IMG/VR virus record: IMGVR_UViG_3300037461_001787
Coordinates: 32,001 to 96,000 of that record
Source of the DNA: a virus
Reading direction: 5' to 3' (one strand)
DNA length: 64,000 nt
Shown: positions 8,922-18,767 of the stretch, in pieces
Numbering within the stretch: the stretch's first letter is position 1
Layout of the letters: every line of letters starts with the position of its first letter
Position numbers and translations under genes: made by a program
The notes under the pieces: model-generated
What the model was told of the DNA's origin: nothing
Seen by the model: only the letters and a program-made list of their open reading frames with translations
Databases searched by the model: none

Positions 8922-9806
8922 ATGGCAGACAAGTTGAAGAAAGCGCAAGACGAGGAAGAGGAAGGTGGGGGGATGGACAACCCCGATGAGCAGATGGCCG
9001 CTGAGGAAGATTCGGAGAAGGGTTGTGGCGCGAAGAAAAGCGCTTGCGGCACAGCCGAGAAGGGTTGTGGCACAGCCGAGAAGGGCTGCAAAAAGTCGGA
9101 TGAGCTGACAGAGGATGATCTGCAGAAGTCCCTTGATCAGCTCTCGGCATTGACGGAAGACAAGACCATCTCCCGCAAGCAGCAATTGCTTACCAAGGCT
9201 CAGGGGAGCGAGCTGAGCAAGAGCGAGCAAAACGAGCTGTTTGAGTTGCTTGGCAAGAGCGAGCAGACCAAGCAGTCGCTCAGCGGTGAAGTCACAAAGG
9301 GCTTGGGCAATAATGACACCTTGCAAAAGGCACTTGATGTTTCCGATTTTCTGCAAGAGCAGCACTCCGAGCTGATCAAATCACTCGGAGTGCTGGCTGA
9401 GGCACTGGAGAAGAGCGATTCGCGGCAGCATGAGTTCAATCTGGTGCTCGCCCGCGCGGTCTCGGGCATTGGCCAGTTGACGAAGAGCCTGGGTGAGCGA
9501 GTCGGCGTCATCGAGGCGCAACCGGCACGCGGTCCCAAGAGTCGCGGAGTTGCTGGCGCCCAGCCGCTGGAGAAGAGTTTTGTCGGCGCCAATGCTCAGG
9601 GAACGCAGCTGAGCAAGGCCGCGGTGCTCGATGAGCTGGAAAACATGGTCCAGGAGTCGATGCAGAAATCCCTCGGTGGGATGACCGAAGATGGTTTCGA
9701 TTTGGTCACCGCCAGCTCAAAGTACGAGCAATTCAACCTCATCAGCCAAGGCCTGCTCGACCAGGTGCAGAAGCGCATCCAGGAGCGAAAGGTCGCTGCC
9801 CGCTGA
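8922..9806 (+). CDS. Scaffold-like head protein with many (L/I/M)xK(S/A) sites
   Basis: Acidic and helical, between protease and MCP; LQKS, LTKA, LSKS, LGKS, LQKA, LIKS, LEKS, LTKS, LSKA, MQKS. Confidence 0.75.
   Translation: MADKLKKAQDEEEEGGGMDNPDEQMAAEEDSEKGCGAKKSACGTAEKGCGTAEKGCKKSDELTEDDLQKSLDQLSALTEDKTISRKQQLLTKAQGSELSKSEQNELFELLGKSEQTKQSLSGEVTKGLGNNDTLQKALDVSDFLQEQHSELIKSLGVLAEALEKSDSRQHEFNLVLARAVSGIGQLTKSLGERVGVIEAQPARGPKSRGVAGAQPLEKSFVGANAQGTQLSKAAVLDELENMVQESMQKSLGGMTEDGFDLVTASSKYEQFNLISQGLLDQVQKRIQERKVAAR
9012..9092 (+). repeat. 21-bp coding tandem repeat (EKGCG/TAEKGC)
   Basis: ggcacagccgagaagggttgt followed by ggcacagccgagaagggctgc, plus a degenerate earlier copy. Confidence 0.8.
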
Positions 9807-9863
9807 GCATCCGGGCCAGCAAACTTTAGGTAATTTTGCCCAAGCGGGCAGGAGGAAAAATTC

Positions 9864-11294
9864 ATGTTCGGATTGAACCAGGTGAGCTGGAAAGACTATG
9901 AGGGCGTCGAAGGTTTTGGCGCCGCTACCCAGCAGGATGTGGACGAGTTGAACAAAGCGCTGACCGCCGGTCAGGCCATCCAGGGCCCGGGAGGCACTGC
10001 GGGGGATGGCTTCGCGCTGCGCGTCGAATCGCTGGAACGGACCCTGAAAAACACCACGTACAAGATGGAGCACATTCGGTTCTGGAAGGCCTTGCCCAAG
10101 TTGCCAGCTTACAACACGGTCGAAGAGCACAATGAGATGAGCCAGTACGGGGCGAACCCGGATGCGGGATTCATCTCGGAAGGCGATCTGCCCGAAGAGG
10201 ACGATTCGATCTACACCCGTAAGTACGCAGTGGTGAAGTACCTCGGCACCACGCGGAAGGTCACCCACGTCATGTCGCTGATCAAGCCTGCCCACGGCAA
10301 CGTGGTCGCGCAAGAGACGGTCAACGGAACCATGCACCTGCTGCGCGTGATGGAGCGGGCCCTGTTCTACGGAGACAGCAGCTTGTCCGCTCTCCAGTTC
10401 GACGGCTTCGAGAAGTTGATGAAGGATTTGTGCCCGACAACCAACGTCATCGATCTGCGTGGTTTGCCGTTGAGTGAGGACGTGCTCACCGATTCAGCGC
10501 TGACCATTCAGGACGCGCCCAACTACGGCACGCCCACCCATCTGTATCTCAATCCCAAGGTCAAGACGGATCTGGTCAAGACTTTCTTCCCCAAAGAACG
10601 CCACGACACGTTCCAGAAACAGGGTGGATTCGTCGGTCTCGACATCAAGGGCTTCACGTCCCCTGCGGGTGACGTGCTCTTCGAACCCGATGTGTTCATC
10701 ACCGATGGTGGCGGCGCGAATGCCAATGCGGTTGGCGATGCGTCAAAGCGTCCGGGTTCGCCGTCTTTCACGACCAATCCGACCACGCCGGCTGAGACCA
10801 CCGGGAAGTTCACGGCGGACGATGCCGGTGACTATCGCTATGCGGTGGTCGCGGTGAATCGCTACGGGCGTTCGGCTGCGGTGGCTTACGGTTCCGCAGT
10901 GACCGCTCACACGGGAGATAAGGTCACTTTTGGTCTGACCCCTTCGAGCGCGACAACGGGCTGGTACGAGATCTATCGGACGCCGAAGAACGGCGCGATC
11001 GGCACAGCACGCCTTATCATGCGCGTTCCCAATGCGGCAGGCGCGGGTGAGACCACCATCAACGATCTCAACTGGAACCTGCCGGGCTGCACAAGCGCGT
11101 TCTTGTTCCAGCTCAATCTGGAGAGCATGAGCTTCAAACAGCTCGCTCCCATGGTCAAAATTCCGTTGGCGACCATCGACAGCTCGATTCGCTGGATGCA
11201 GCTGCTCTATGGCGTGCCTGTGCTCTACACCCCGGGCAAGAACGTCCTGATCCGCAATATCGGAAGAGCCGCAGGATACGTGGGCGCTCCGTAA
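9864..11294 (+). CDS. Major capsid protein (SPO1/Twort/phage K Cps-like)
   Basis: ELNKALTAG..ALRVESLE..F..EG..KYLGTTRKV..ERALFYGD..QFDG pattern typical of Herelleviridae capsids; strong AGGAGG RBS. Confidence 0.92.
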   Translation: MFGLNQVSWKDYEGVEGFGAATQQDVDELNKALTAGQAIQGPGGTAGDGFALRVESLERTLKNTTYKMEHIRFWKALPKLPAYNTVEEHNEMSQYGANPDAGFISEGDLPEEDDSIYTRKYAVVKYLGTTRKVTHVMSLIKPAHGNVVAQETVNGTMHLLRVMERALFYGDSSLSALQFDGFEKLMKDLCPTTNVIDLRGLPLSEDVLTDSALTIQDAPNYGTPTHLYLNPKVKTDLVKTFFPKERHDTFQKQGGFVGLDIKGFTSPAGDVLFEPDVFITDGGGANANAVGDASKRPGSPSFTTNPTTPAETTGKFTADDAGDYRYAVVAVNRYGRSAAVAYGSAVTAHTGDKVTFGLTPSSATTGWYEIYRTPKNGAIGTARLIMRVPNAAGAGETTINDLNWNLPGCTSAFLFQLNLESMSFKQLAPMVKIPLATIDSSIRWMQLLYGVPVLYTPGKNVLIRNIGRAAGYVGAP

Positions 11295-11323
11295 GGTTTG
11301 AAGCGGCCGAGTATTGATCTGCT

Positions 11324-11374
11324 GGAAGGGGTACCGGGTTTTGCGGAAATGCTGCTTTTCCTGGTCCCCTTTCC
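11324..11374 (+). terminator. Putative hairpin/terminator after the MCP gene
   Basis: Imperfect inverted repeat GGAAGGGG-ACCGGG ... CCTGGT-CCCCTTTCC. Confidence 0.4.
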
Positions 11375-11398
11375 AGATTTCCAGAAAGTGAGAAAAGC

Positions 11399-12013
11399 AT
11401 GGAAAATACAATTTCCGATGCGGTGAAAAACCGCATTCCCTCGGTCGAAGAAGAAGAATTTATCCACCAGGCAATGACTGGCGCGCTTTCCGTGTTCATG
11501 GGCACCCCAGTGGTGGCGGATACAGATCGGATTGTCACCACGGTGCTGTTCGCCAATGGCACTTTGAGCATCGCCGCTCAGCCCGATTGCCCCCGCAATG
11601 TCACTGCGACGTTGACCGATGCAGATGACAGCGTGGTGGGTACTCTGACGATCACGGGCAAGGATCCGATGGGGCGCACCATCGTGGAAGTGATGAGCCC
11701 TGATGGCGAGGGCGCCGGCAAGACACTGACGGGCACCAAAATATTCGCCAAGATCGATTCAGTGATGATCAGCGGCGCATCTGGCGGCGAAGCGGATGTG
11801 GACATGCTGGTAGTTGGCGTGGGTACCGTCATCGGGCTGCCGGTCGATCTGCCTGCAGATGATGGCGTGCGCCATGTGTTTCTTGGTGGCGCCAGGCAAG
11901 CGACCCCTACGGTGGCTATTGGCATCTCGACCAGCGGCATCGATGCGTCGGCTGGGACGTACAATGGCGCGAAGGTGCTGCATGCTTTCGTCCAGCCGAT
12001 TGCGCGGGTCTGA
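11399..12013 (+). CDS. Putative virion decoration protein (beta-rich)
   Basis: Follows the MCP; TITGKDPMG..EV..G..LTGTKIFAKI motif shared with the sheath insertion. Confidence 0.55.
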   Translation: MENTISDAVKNRIPSVEEEEFIHQAMTGALSVFMGTPVVADTDRIVTTVLFANGTLSIAAQPDCPRNVTATLTDADDSVVGTLTITGKDPMGRTIVEVMSPDGEGAGKTLTGTKIFAKIDSVMISGASGGEADVDMLVVGVGTVIGLPVDLPADDGVRHVFLGGARQATPTVAIGISTSGIDASAGTYNGAKVLHAFVQPIARV

Positions 12014-12035
12014 TTCCAGAAAAGGAGAGCGAGCG

Positions 12036-12335
12036 ATGAAGTTGCAAAATATACTCCCGCACATGGCCAACAGCTCGGTGCTGGTCAACGGGCGCACGTA
12101 TGAGATTGATGGGCACGGCGTGATCTTGGGCGATGTGGTGCTGGAAGATGCCCAAAAGTTGCTTGTCAATCGTGCTGCGTGGCGGGTGGTAGTCGAGCGT
12201 CAAGCGGTGGCTGAACCGATAGCGGTACCGCCGGCGCCTGGCCCAGACCCCGTGCTGGAAGGGAAGGAGCCAGCTGAGCCTCTGCCGGTTCCAGAAATCA
12301 AACCCGCGGGAGGATTGCTACGTAGAAAAAAGTAG
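12036..12335 (+). CDS. Hypothetical protein with Pro-rich tail
   Basis: ATG after the AGGAGAGCGAGC leader, in the frame of ORF 11814-12335. Confidence 0.65.
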   Translation: MKLQNILPHMANSSVLVNGRTYEIDGHGVILGDVVLEDAQKLLVNRAAWRVVVERQAVAEPIAVPPAPGPDPVLEGKEPAEPLPVPEIKPAGGLLRRKK

Positions 12336-12382
12336 CGTTCCAGAAAAATCCAGAAAGCCCTTGAGGCTGCTAGGAGCATAGC

Positions 12383-12724
12383 ATGGCAACGAGTACCATT
12401 CCGAAAAACGCGCAAGAGTACATTCCCTACTTGAAGGATCAGGGAATCCCCAATGTGACCGGCGCCGCGGCAAAGGGCGTCTCGATTCAAGTGCATCAGG
12501 TAGCCATGCCGTCTGACGGCATCGTGGTTTTTGCGACCCACGGATTGATGGACATGGCTGATGGGTCCTACGTGGTTCTGATCCACAATCACACGACAGA
12601 GGCGAAACAAGGCAAATCTGCTTTGGCGGATCGCAAGGCCACTCAGCTCACCATCGTCGGTCCGGCAGAGGGAGAGATCTTGGACGTGGTGCTTGTCGGC
12701 AAGCTCAAGGGCCAAATCGCCTGA
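12383..12724 (+). CDS. Hypothetical virion protein
   Basis: AGGAG RBS; gene packing in the structural operon. Confidence 0.6.
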   Translation: MATSTIPKNAQEYIPYLKDQGIPNVTGAAAKGVSIQVHQVAMPSDGIVVFATHGLMDMADGSYVVLIHNHTTEAKQGKSALADRKATQLTIVGPAEGEILDVVLVGKLKGQIA

Positions 12725-12741
12725 GCTGAAAGGAGCCAGGC

Positions 12742-13053
12742 ATGAGTGTCCTGGAGACCAGAGGCGGGGCACCTCATGTGTTCCGTGAGACCATCGATAA
12801 CAGCACTGGTCGGGTGCACGCTTTTCCGTTTGTCTCGAAGTACCTGAAGGTGCGTGCGGCGACCAACCCGTGCAAACTCTATTTCTCCGAAGCTGACTGG
12901 ATTGCCGATGCCAATTACGTGGTCGTGCCGGTCGCTGGAACTTCTACTCCCAATGGGGAGTGGGAGGGTCCGGTGGAGGCCTCCGCGGTGTGGCTCAAAG
13001 GAAGTGGCGGAAGTAGCGCGATAGAGCTGGTGGCTTTCCAGCGCCGCGGATAG
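12742..13053 (+). CDS. Hypothetical virion protein (small beta-sandwich)
   Basis: AAGGAG RBS; beta-rich sequence. Confidence 0.6.
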   Translation: MSVLETRGGAPHVFRETIDNSTGRVHAFPFVSKYLKVRAATNPCKLYFSEADWIADANYVVVPVAGTSTPNGEWEGPVEASAVWLKGSGGSSAIELVAFQRRG

Positions 13054-13086
13054 ACTAGGGCCAAACCCGATTTCGGGAGGTGTCTA

Positions 13087-13683
13087 GTGGGTCCGCGCCA
13101 ATTGCTGCGTCTATACGAGACGCGAAAATCGGAATCCTTCAACGATCAAAAGACCCCCAACGAAATTCAGCTTGCTGAAAGTGCAGCGCAGACCCATCAA
13201 GACTTTCTGGAATACATGCTATCGCAGATCCGACAGATCATCGGGACTGCGAGATGGCATGATCCGGTTCCTATTTCGATTGCACAGCTCCTCGCTTCTC
13301 AGAACGCTTTCGCGGCCAATTGTTTGAGCGCGGACAGAGTGGGCGATTGCGTTTACTCAAGTGCGCCACCAGCGAGTGGCGTGGTGCAGGTGACGCGCTG
13401 CGACCCGTTCAACTACGCAACACTCCCGGCTATCGGGGTCATCGTTTCAAAATCGACATCGACCAATTGCGTGGTGCAATACGGGGGCATTCTCACTGGT
13501 GTCTATGGTGGATTGGAGCGGCCATTGCCTGTGTTTCTGGCTTCTGATGGCGGACTCACGCACGCGGTTCCAACCGCGGATGTTGGCCATCCGGTCTGGC
13601 TCCAGCACATGGGTTCCGCGGTGGGGGAGAGCGTGATCGCGTTGAACCCTTCTCCTGTGCTGACAAAGTTGGTTCGAGATTGA
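13087..13683 (+). CDS. Protein with capsid-cement-like (DUF2190-like) domain
   Basis: VGDCVY..AIGV..G...G..VFLASDGGLT..P..MGSA pattern; GGAGG RBS before GTG. Confidence 0.55.
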   Translation: MGPRQLLRLYETRKSESFNDQKTPNEIQLAESAAQTHQDFLEYMLSQIRQIIGTARWHDPVPISIAQLLASQNAFAANCLSADRVGDCVYSSAPPASGVVQVTRCDPFNYATLPAIGVIVSKSTSTNCVVQYGGILTGVYGGLERPLPVFLASDGGLTHAVPTADVGHPVWLQHMGSAVGESVIALNPSPVLTKLVRD

Positions 13684-13716
13684 CGTTTGGACAATAACCC
13701 CATGCGGAGGTGACAA

Positions 13717-14142
13717 ATGGACGATTTGCGGACTCCACTTCGCCGGCTGGAGCCAGAGGTATCTTTGGTCTTGGGCCAGGACCCCCTCGGGGCCAAAGAA
13801 AGCCCAAAAACCGCGGAGCAGGAAAAGGACAGCGGTTTTCGGGAGCGAATCGAAGACCCGGTAGGTGTGCTGCGATTGGCGCTTTTGCAGGAGCGGATGC
13901 TGCGCATTCAGGCGGAGAAGCAAACCCGGCCAGCTTGGTATGAGGCACGAATTGCGCAGGCAATTCGCCAATTGAATGAGGAGCGCAATCGAAAAATGGC
14001 GGAGCTGCAGCAGGAAGAGGCAGAATCTACTGCCGAAATGAAAATGATGCGTGAATTTCTAGCAGAAAAGCATGGGATTGACCTATCCTCGTACTCATAT
14101 GACGACGCTACCGGGACTCTGCTTTTGCTTCCGCAGGACTAG
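13717..14142 (+). CDS. Coiled-coil hypothetical protein, possibly a fibre chaperone
   Basis: GGAGGT RBS; heptad-rich; C-terminal YSYDDATG. Confidence 0.6.
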   Translation: MDDLRTPLRRLEPEVSLVLGQDPLGAKESPKTAEQEKDSGFRERIEDPVGVLRLALLQERMLRIQAEKQTRPAWYEARIAQAIRQLNEERNRKMAELQQEEAESTAEMKMMREFLAEKHGIDLSSYSYDDATGTLLLLPQD

Positions 14143-14254
14143 GCATTTTCCATTTTCTGGAACCTGGGCAGCGCGTATTTACCTTTGAATTAAAAGAGTT
14201 TTGATATTGCTGAATGCTGCGCGCGCATCTCAACCCTTTGCAAAGGAGATTTGA

Positions 14255-15862
14255 ATGGCAATCAAGAAATTCCTTTTCATGGACGGCACTTACGGTTACC
14301 AACATGAGCAAGAATCGACGGACGGCCTCAAGCTCCCCAGTCTGGTTCTGGGCGCGGGTTCCGAATCCGCTGGCAATATCCAGATGTCGGGTACGGGAAA
14401 GGTAATTGGTCTGGCCAACGGTACCGATGCGGCCGATGCAATCAACAAGAGCCAGCTGGATGCGGCGATAGCGGGCTATGAATGGCAGGCGCCAGTTTCG
14501 GTGCTGAAAATGAAGTCGGATGTCGCACGCACACCCACGGGAGCGATCATCGAAGGTTCGGGTGGAACTGGAATCGTCAATCTGACCACGGGCAATGCTT
14601 TCACCGTGGCCATCGACGGCGAAACCCCGGTGGTTGTCACTCTCGCCTCTGCTCCGGCTGATGTGGCAGCGGCAATCGCGGCCATCAATTCGCTCTATGC
14701 GGCGGGTGGCGGAACGGGTGGAACCATCGCGGTCGATGGCGGTGGCGGACAGATCGACATCAAGAGCAACACCACAGGCACGGGTTCGAGCGTGGCGCTC
14801 ACCTCGGTGCACGCCAACTGGGCTGAGGTCGGCATCACTGCTGGTACCGACGCTGGCACCAACGATTTGCCCACCGCGGGTGCTGCGGGCGAGGCGTGGG
14901 TCGTCAATGGCTGGGGCACTGGCTACAACAACGGCGACATCGTGGAGTGGGACGGGAGCACCTGGAATGTGGTGCTGTCCAATTCTGGTGGGGAGCCCCC
15001 CAATGCTACCCGTGTAGCGGTCATCAGCGCCAGTGCGGCTGGCTCGTTTGCGGCTCATGAGAATACCATCGGGACGTACAATGCGACGACCGACACTTGG
15101 TCTTTCTTGGCTGCGACGGACGGGGACGCGGTGCTGGTCTCGGGCGAGAACAGTGTTTACGAAAACATCGGTTTCGTATACGACACTGGCTCAAGTTGGG
15201 TGGCTTTTACGGGTCCAGCCAGCATTCCGGATGCGACTGGTGCCTCCGGTGGTGGGATCAAAGGCAAGGCGACCTTTGACACTGACAAAGGGCTTGCGGT
15301 TGCTTCGGGCGTGGTTTCGGCCAAGCTCGCTGCAGCGGGTTCGGGTACTGGCGGTTTGGAATTCAACGGCTCGGGTGCGATGCAGCTGGATCTGGATGCC
15401 AGTGGAGCGCTGGATCTGAGCGCCAGTGGGCTCGCCGTGAAGGTGGATGGCTCGACCATCACGATCAATGGTTCCAATCAGCTGACAGCCGCTGTGGCGG
15501 AGTCGGAGCGGACGGAAAAGGATTACGCTGTTGGTGAAGCCATTGCCAAGGGTGATCCGGTCTATTTCTCGGCGAATGACACTGTGTCCAAGGCCGATGC
15601 GGGCAATGAGACGAAAGCACGCACGGTCGGTATTGCGCGCATCGCCATCCCCAGCGGCAGCGGGCCCGTGTGCTTCTCGGGTTTGGTCACGGGTGTGCTC
15701 ACCACGGCTACGGTCAACACCCCTTACTACTTGGCTTCTGGCGGCGGCTTGACCGCCACTCGGCCGACGGGTAACGTCCGCATTATCCGCATTGGGTATG
15801 CGGCCAGCGCGTCCGATCTGTTGGTCCAGATTACCGACTTTGGCCGTGGTGTTGCTGCGTAA
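14255..15862 (+). CDS. Gly/Ala/Thr-rich fibre with C-terminal cement-like domain (possible head fibre)
   Basis: LANGTDAADAINKSQLD fibre motif; GDIVEWDGSTW; C-terminal IAKGDPVY..VGIA..YYLASGGGLT. Confidence 0.65.
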   Translation: MAIKKFLFMDGTYGYQHEQESTDGLKLPSLVLGAGSESAGNIQMSGTGKVIGLANGTDAADAINKSQLDAAIAGYEWQAPVSVLKMKSDVARTPTGAIIEGSGGTGIVNLTTGNAFTVAIDGETPVVVTLASAPADVAAAIAAINSLYAAGGGTGGTIAVDGGGGQIDIKSNTTGTGSSVALTSVHANWAEVGITAGTDAGTNDLPTAGAAGEAWVVNGWGTGYNNGDIVEWDGSTWNVVLSNSGGEPPNATRVAVISASAAGSFAAHENTIGTYNATTDTWSFLAATDGDAVLVSGENSVYENIGFVYDTGSSWVAFTGPASIPDATGASGGGIKGKATFDTDKGLAVASGVVSAKLAAAGSGTGGLEFNGSGAMQLDLDASGALDLSASGLAVKVDGSTITINGSNQLTAAVAESERTEKDYAVGEAIAKGDPVYFSANDTVSKADAGNETKARTVGIARIAIPSGSGPVCFSGLVTGVLTTATVNTPYYLASGGGLTATRPTGNVRIIRIGYAASASDLLVQITDFGRGVAA

Positions 15863-15944
15863 GGGAGTTGACACCCCGGGCATTGGTTTTGGTGTTCTTT
15901 TCCGCTTCCTTGTCCATCTCCAGATAATCGAGTAAGTTGAGGGC

Positions 15945-16505
15945 ATGGCGAAAGATCGTGTGCACCCGCTCAAGCTCGAAGACTCCCCTAGTGGTGGCGT
16001 GGAGCTGGATCCGTATCCCACTGGCTTGGATCCCAATGAGGATTATGTCGATGTGCACGGTATCACTTTCCAGGACGCGACTTCTAATGACGAGGACGTT
16101 TCGATTGAGCGCGATGATTCTGGAAATTTGGTTTTGACTGACAAGATTTCTGGAATCTGGAAACTCTCCGATTTGAGCGGCGGGGGGCTCACGGAGATAA
16201 CGCACCCAGCAGTTCGGCAGCTCATTCATTTCGTTGACAATGGTCCGGCAGAGGGCTTTGCGTCTGGAGCTTACCGCGAGATCACAGGGACGGTGTTTCC
16301 GACGGCGGTAATTTGGTATGACCAGGCTGGCGTGGGGAAGAAAAAGATTGTTGAGAAGCTGATCACCTGGACGGGCGCAACGCCGACAACCATTGTCTGG
16401 AAGGTTTACGATGCTGCGGAAGTTTTGATCGCAACGTTGACCGATACGATTACGTATTCAGGGATGTTCGAGACTTCGCGGGCTCGGACAATTACGGTGG
16501 CCTAG
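15945..16505 (+). CDS. Hypothetical virion protein
   Basis: ORF packed in the structural cluster; beta-rich C-terminus. Confidence 0.6.
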   Translation: MAKDRVHPLKLEDSPSGGVELDPYPTGLDPNEDYVDVHGITFQDATSNDEDVSIERDDSGNLVLTDKISGIWKLSDLSGGGLTEITHPAVRQLIHFVDNGPAEGFASGAYREITGTVFPTAVIWYDQAGVGKKKIVEKLITWTGATPTTIVWKVYDAAEVLIATLTDTITYSGMFETSRARTITVA

Positions 16506-17705
16506 ATGGGCGAGGGACCAAGCGCAGTTCTTGTCGATCCGGTATCGGGCACCACGTTGGCTGTTGCGACCGATGGTTCCGACAAAAAGTTGGACATCAC
16601 GACCAAGGTTCGTGATTCGGACGGAGCCGTCATTGACCCGGCAACTGAAGATGGCAATTTGGCGACGCTCGCTGCAGTGGATTTCGCGACGGAGGCAACG
16701 CTTGCCGCGATCAAGGATACCGATGGGGTAAAGAAGATCACTGATCCATTGCCCGCAGGAGACAACAACATTGGGAATGTCGATCTGGCATCTGCCATTC
16801 CGTCTGGGACGAATGAGATCGGAAAAGCTGCGCAGGGTACTCGCGCTGCGGCAGCGGCCGGGTGGCCGGTTTACGTGGTTGATGACGTGGGTAACAAAGT
16901 TGGTGTTGTGCTAGATGGTGCGATCTACCGATTGCAGACCGATACCAAGCTTGTCACCGGGACTGCGGAAATTGGAAAAGTGGCCCAAGGGACGCGGGCC
17001 GCTGCGGCCGCAGGGTGGCCGGTTTATGCTGTGGATGCCAGTGGAAATGCGGTTGGGGTCATACTCGACGGCGCGGTTTATCGTTTTGCGACCGACGCGA
17101 AGATCAGCAAGGGCGATTCGACTTTGGTGCATCTGGACGCGATCGATACGGCCTCTGGAAGAGGGCGGCTAAAAACAACGCTGTACACGCAAGATGGGAT
17201 TCCAGTTTCGTTTGGATCCACTCCCCCCAATCCTGAATCGATCAAGAATGCCTTCATCAAAAATGGGACGAATGATTCACTGCTGGTCAATGGCAGTGTC
17301 ACGCCCGTTGTTTTCTCATACAATGCGGATGCGACCCGTGACATTTCGATCCAAGAGTTGAAGTTCGTCATGGGGGCAAATGGAATTACGTTTGGCACTG
17401 ATAAATTCGGGGTTATTAATGCATTGACCAATGGGTTGCTTATCGAGTTGGTCTCAGACGGCAACACAGGAACGGTGGCGGTACTCAACATCAATGAATG
17501 CTTTGTGCATCTAGCGTCCCCTGGTGGATTTATTTGGGTGGTGTCGTCCAAGGATATGATGGCATCTGCGTACACCATCGGGGGTAGTCTGCGACTCAAA
17601 GCAGGCACCAATGACATGGTAAAAGTGACGGTGCGTGACAATCTATCTTCCGCAGCAACGTATTTCAAATGCTGCGTGAAGGGTAACCTTCTGGAAAGCA
17701 CATGA
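16506..17705 (+). CDS. Fibre-like structural protein with a 51-aa internal duplication
   Basis: FATEATLAAI and LPAGDNNIGNV fibre motifs; duplicated GTxEIGKxAQGTRAAAAAGWPVY. Confidence 0.65.
   Translation: MGEGPSAVLVDPVSGTTLAVATDGSDKKLDITTKVRDSDGAVIDPATEDGNLATLAAVDFATEATLAAIKDTDGVKKITDPLPAGDNNIGNVDLASAIPSGTNEIGKAAQGTRAAAAAGWPVYVVDDVGNKVGVVLDGAIYRLQTDTKLVTGTAEIGKVAQGTRAAAAAGWPVYAVDASGNAVGVILDGAVYRFATDAKISKGDSTLVHLDAIDTASGRGRLKTTLYTQDGIPVSFGSTPPNPESIKNAFIKNGTNDSLLVNGSVTPVVFSYNADATRDISIQELKFVMGANGITFGTDKFGVINALTNGLLIELVSDGNTGTVAVLNINECFVHLASPGGFIWVVSSKDMMASAYTIGGSLRLKAGTNDMVKVTVRDNLSSAATYFKCCVKGNLLEST
16806..17106 (+). repeat. 153-bp period tandem duplication
   Basis: Units start at 16806 and 16959 and encode near-identical peptides. 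Confidence 0.8.
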
Positions 17706-17712
17706 GGGTGCA

Positions 17713-18558
17713 ATGAGCCCTGTAGCGATTTCAAGTGAGACGCCGATCCCGATCGTTGGCGATGTGCATCAGATGCCGTTAGACGGCCGACGCCACGATT
17801 GTTACACTTCTGACTTTTGCAAGAAGGAAACGTGGTGGCAAGACAGCTCGCGGGTGACGAATGAGACGCTGGCTGATTCCGGCGATCACACCACTTATAC
17901 TCCAGCAACAAGCCGTTACTGGGTAGACGTGATGCACGGCAAGCTTTTCCGTGAACGGGATTTGCGCGAGGATTATGCTCCAGTCATCAAGGTCAATGGA
18001 GACGCCAAAACTGAAAACCCTGCAGGGCGCACCACGGGCGATTATTCGATTGATTACACAACGGGAGCGGTGACTTTCAATGTGGCTCTTCAGGCGAACG
18101 ATGTGGTCACTGCTAGCTATTCTTACGTGCGCACTTCACTGTTCAAGGCCCAGGTCCCCAGTGGTTATACCTGGACTTCGAACACGGTCAAGGTAATGTA
18201 CGCCAAGAACGTTGGAATGCGGGACAGCGTGTTTTTCCAGCTTTGGGGTGATGTTGGGTACGGGATGATGCCGCTTTCTGATCCGGAAATCTACCAGACA
18301 TTGGATGATCTGAAAAAGGACGCCTCGCGCATAGAATGGGAAGACGCTATTGAGAGCGGAGGCGGGGGCAGTTACGATGGCTGGCGAATGCCGGCCCAGC
18401 CGCGGGTTTTTCTGTACTATGATTATACCGCGCGCGCAGCTAATGCCCTCCACAGTTGTTATTCGATGGAGATTCGTTGCTGGTTGGAAAATGACATTCC
18501 CTTTGTGGGCGAAATGGGAGTGGCCTCTTTCTTTGGTCGTAAGGACGAAGAGTCATGA
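17713..18558 (+). CDS. Structural protein with YSIDYTTGAVTF domain
   Basis: DYSIDYTTGAVTF..VTASYSY, a motif common in phage tail/virion proteins. Confidence 0.6.
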   Translation: MSPVAISSETPIPIVGDVHQMPLDGRRHDCYTSDFCKKETWWQDSSRVTNETLADSGDHTTYTPATSRYWVDVMHGKLFRERDLREDYAPVIKVNGDAKTENPAGRTTGDYSIDYTTGAVTFNVALQANDVVTASYSYVRTSLFKAQVPSGYTWTSNTVKVMYAKNVGMRDSVFFQLWGDVGYGMMPLSDPEIYQTLDDLKKDASRIEWEDAIESGGGGSYDGWRMPAQPRVFLYYDYTARAANALHSCYSMEIRCWLENDIPFVGEMGVASFFGRKDEES

Positions 18559-18767
18559 GCGAAAACAAGCGTGAAAAGATGCGGGCCATCAAGCAGGAAA
18601 TGGATCATTTGATCAAAAATAGTCCAGTTGCTGTGACTGCGGTGCTTTCTACGGCTGCTATGCGTGAATGCTTGCGCTTGAATTGGGCGCAGCAGGATGG
18701 GGCTGCCAATTTTGTGCCAACGGAATTGGGCAAGGCAATGATGGGGCGAAAGGAAGATGGATCGTGA
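18555..18767 (+). CDS. Hypothetical protein
   Basis: 4-nt stop/start overlaps on both sides. Confidence 0.55.
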   Translation: MSENKREKMRAIKQEMDHLIKNSPVAVTAVLSTAAMRECLRLNWAQQDGAANFVPTELGKAMMGRKEDGS

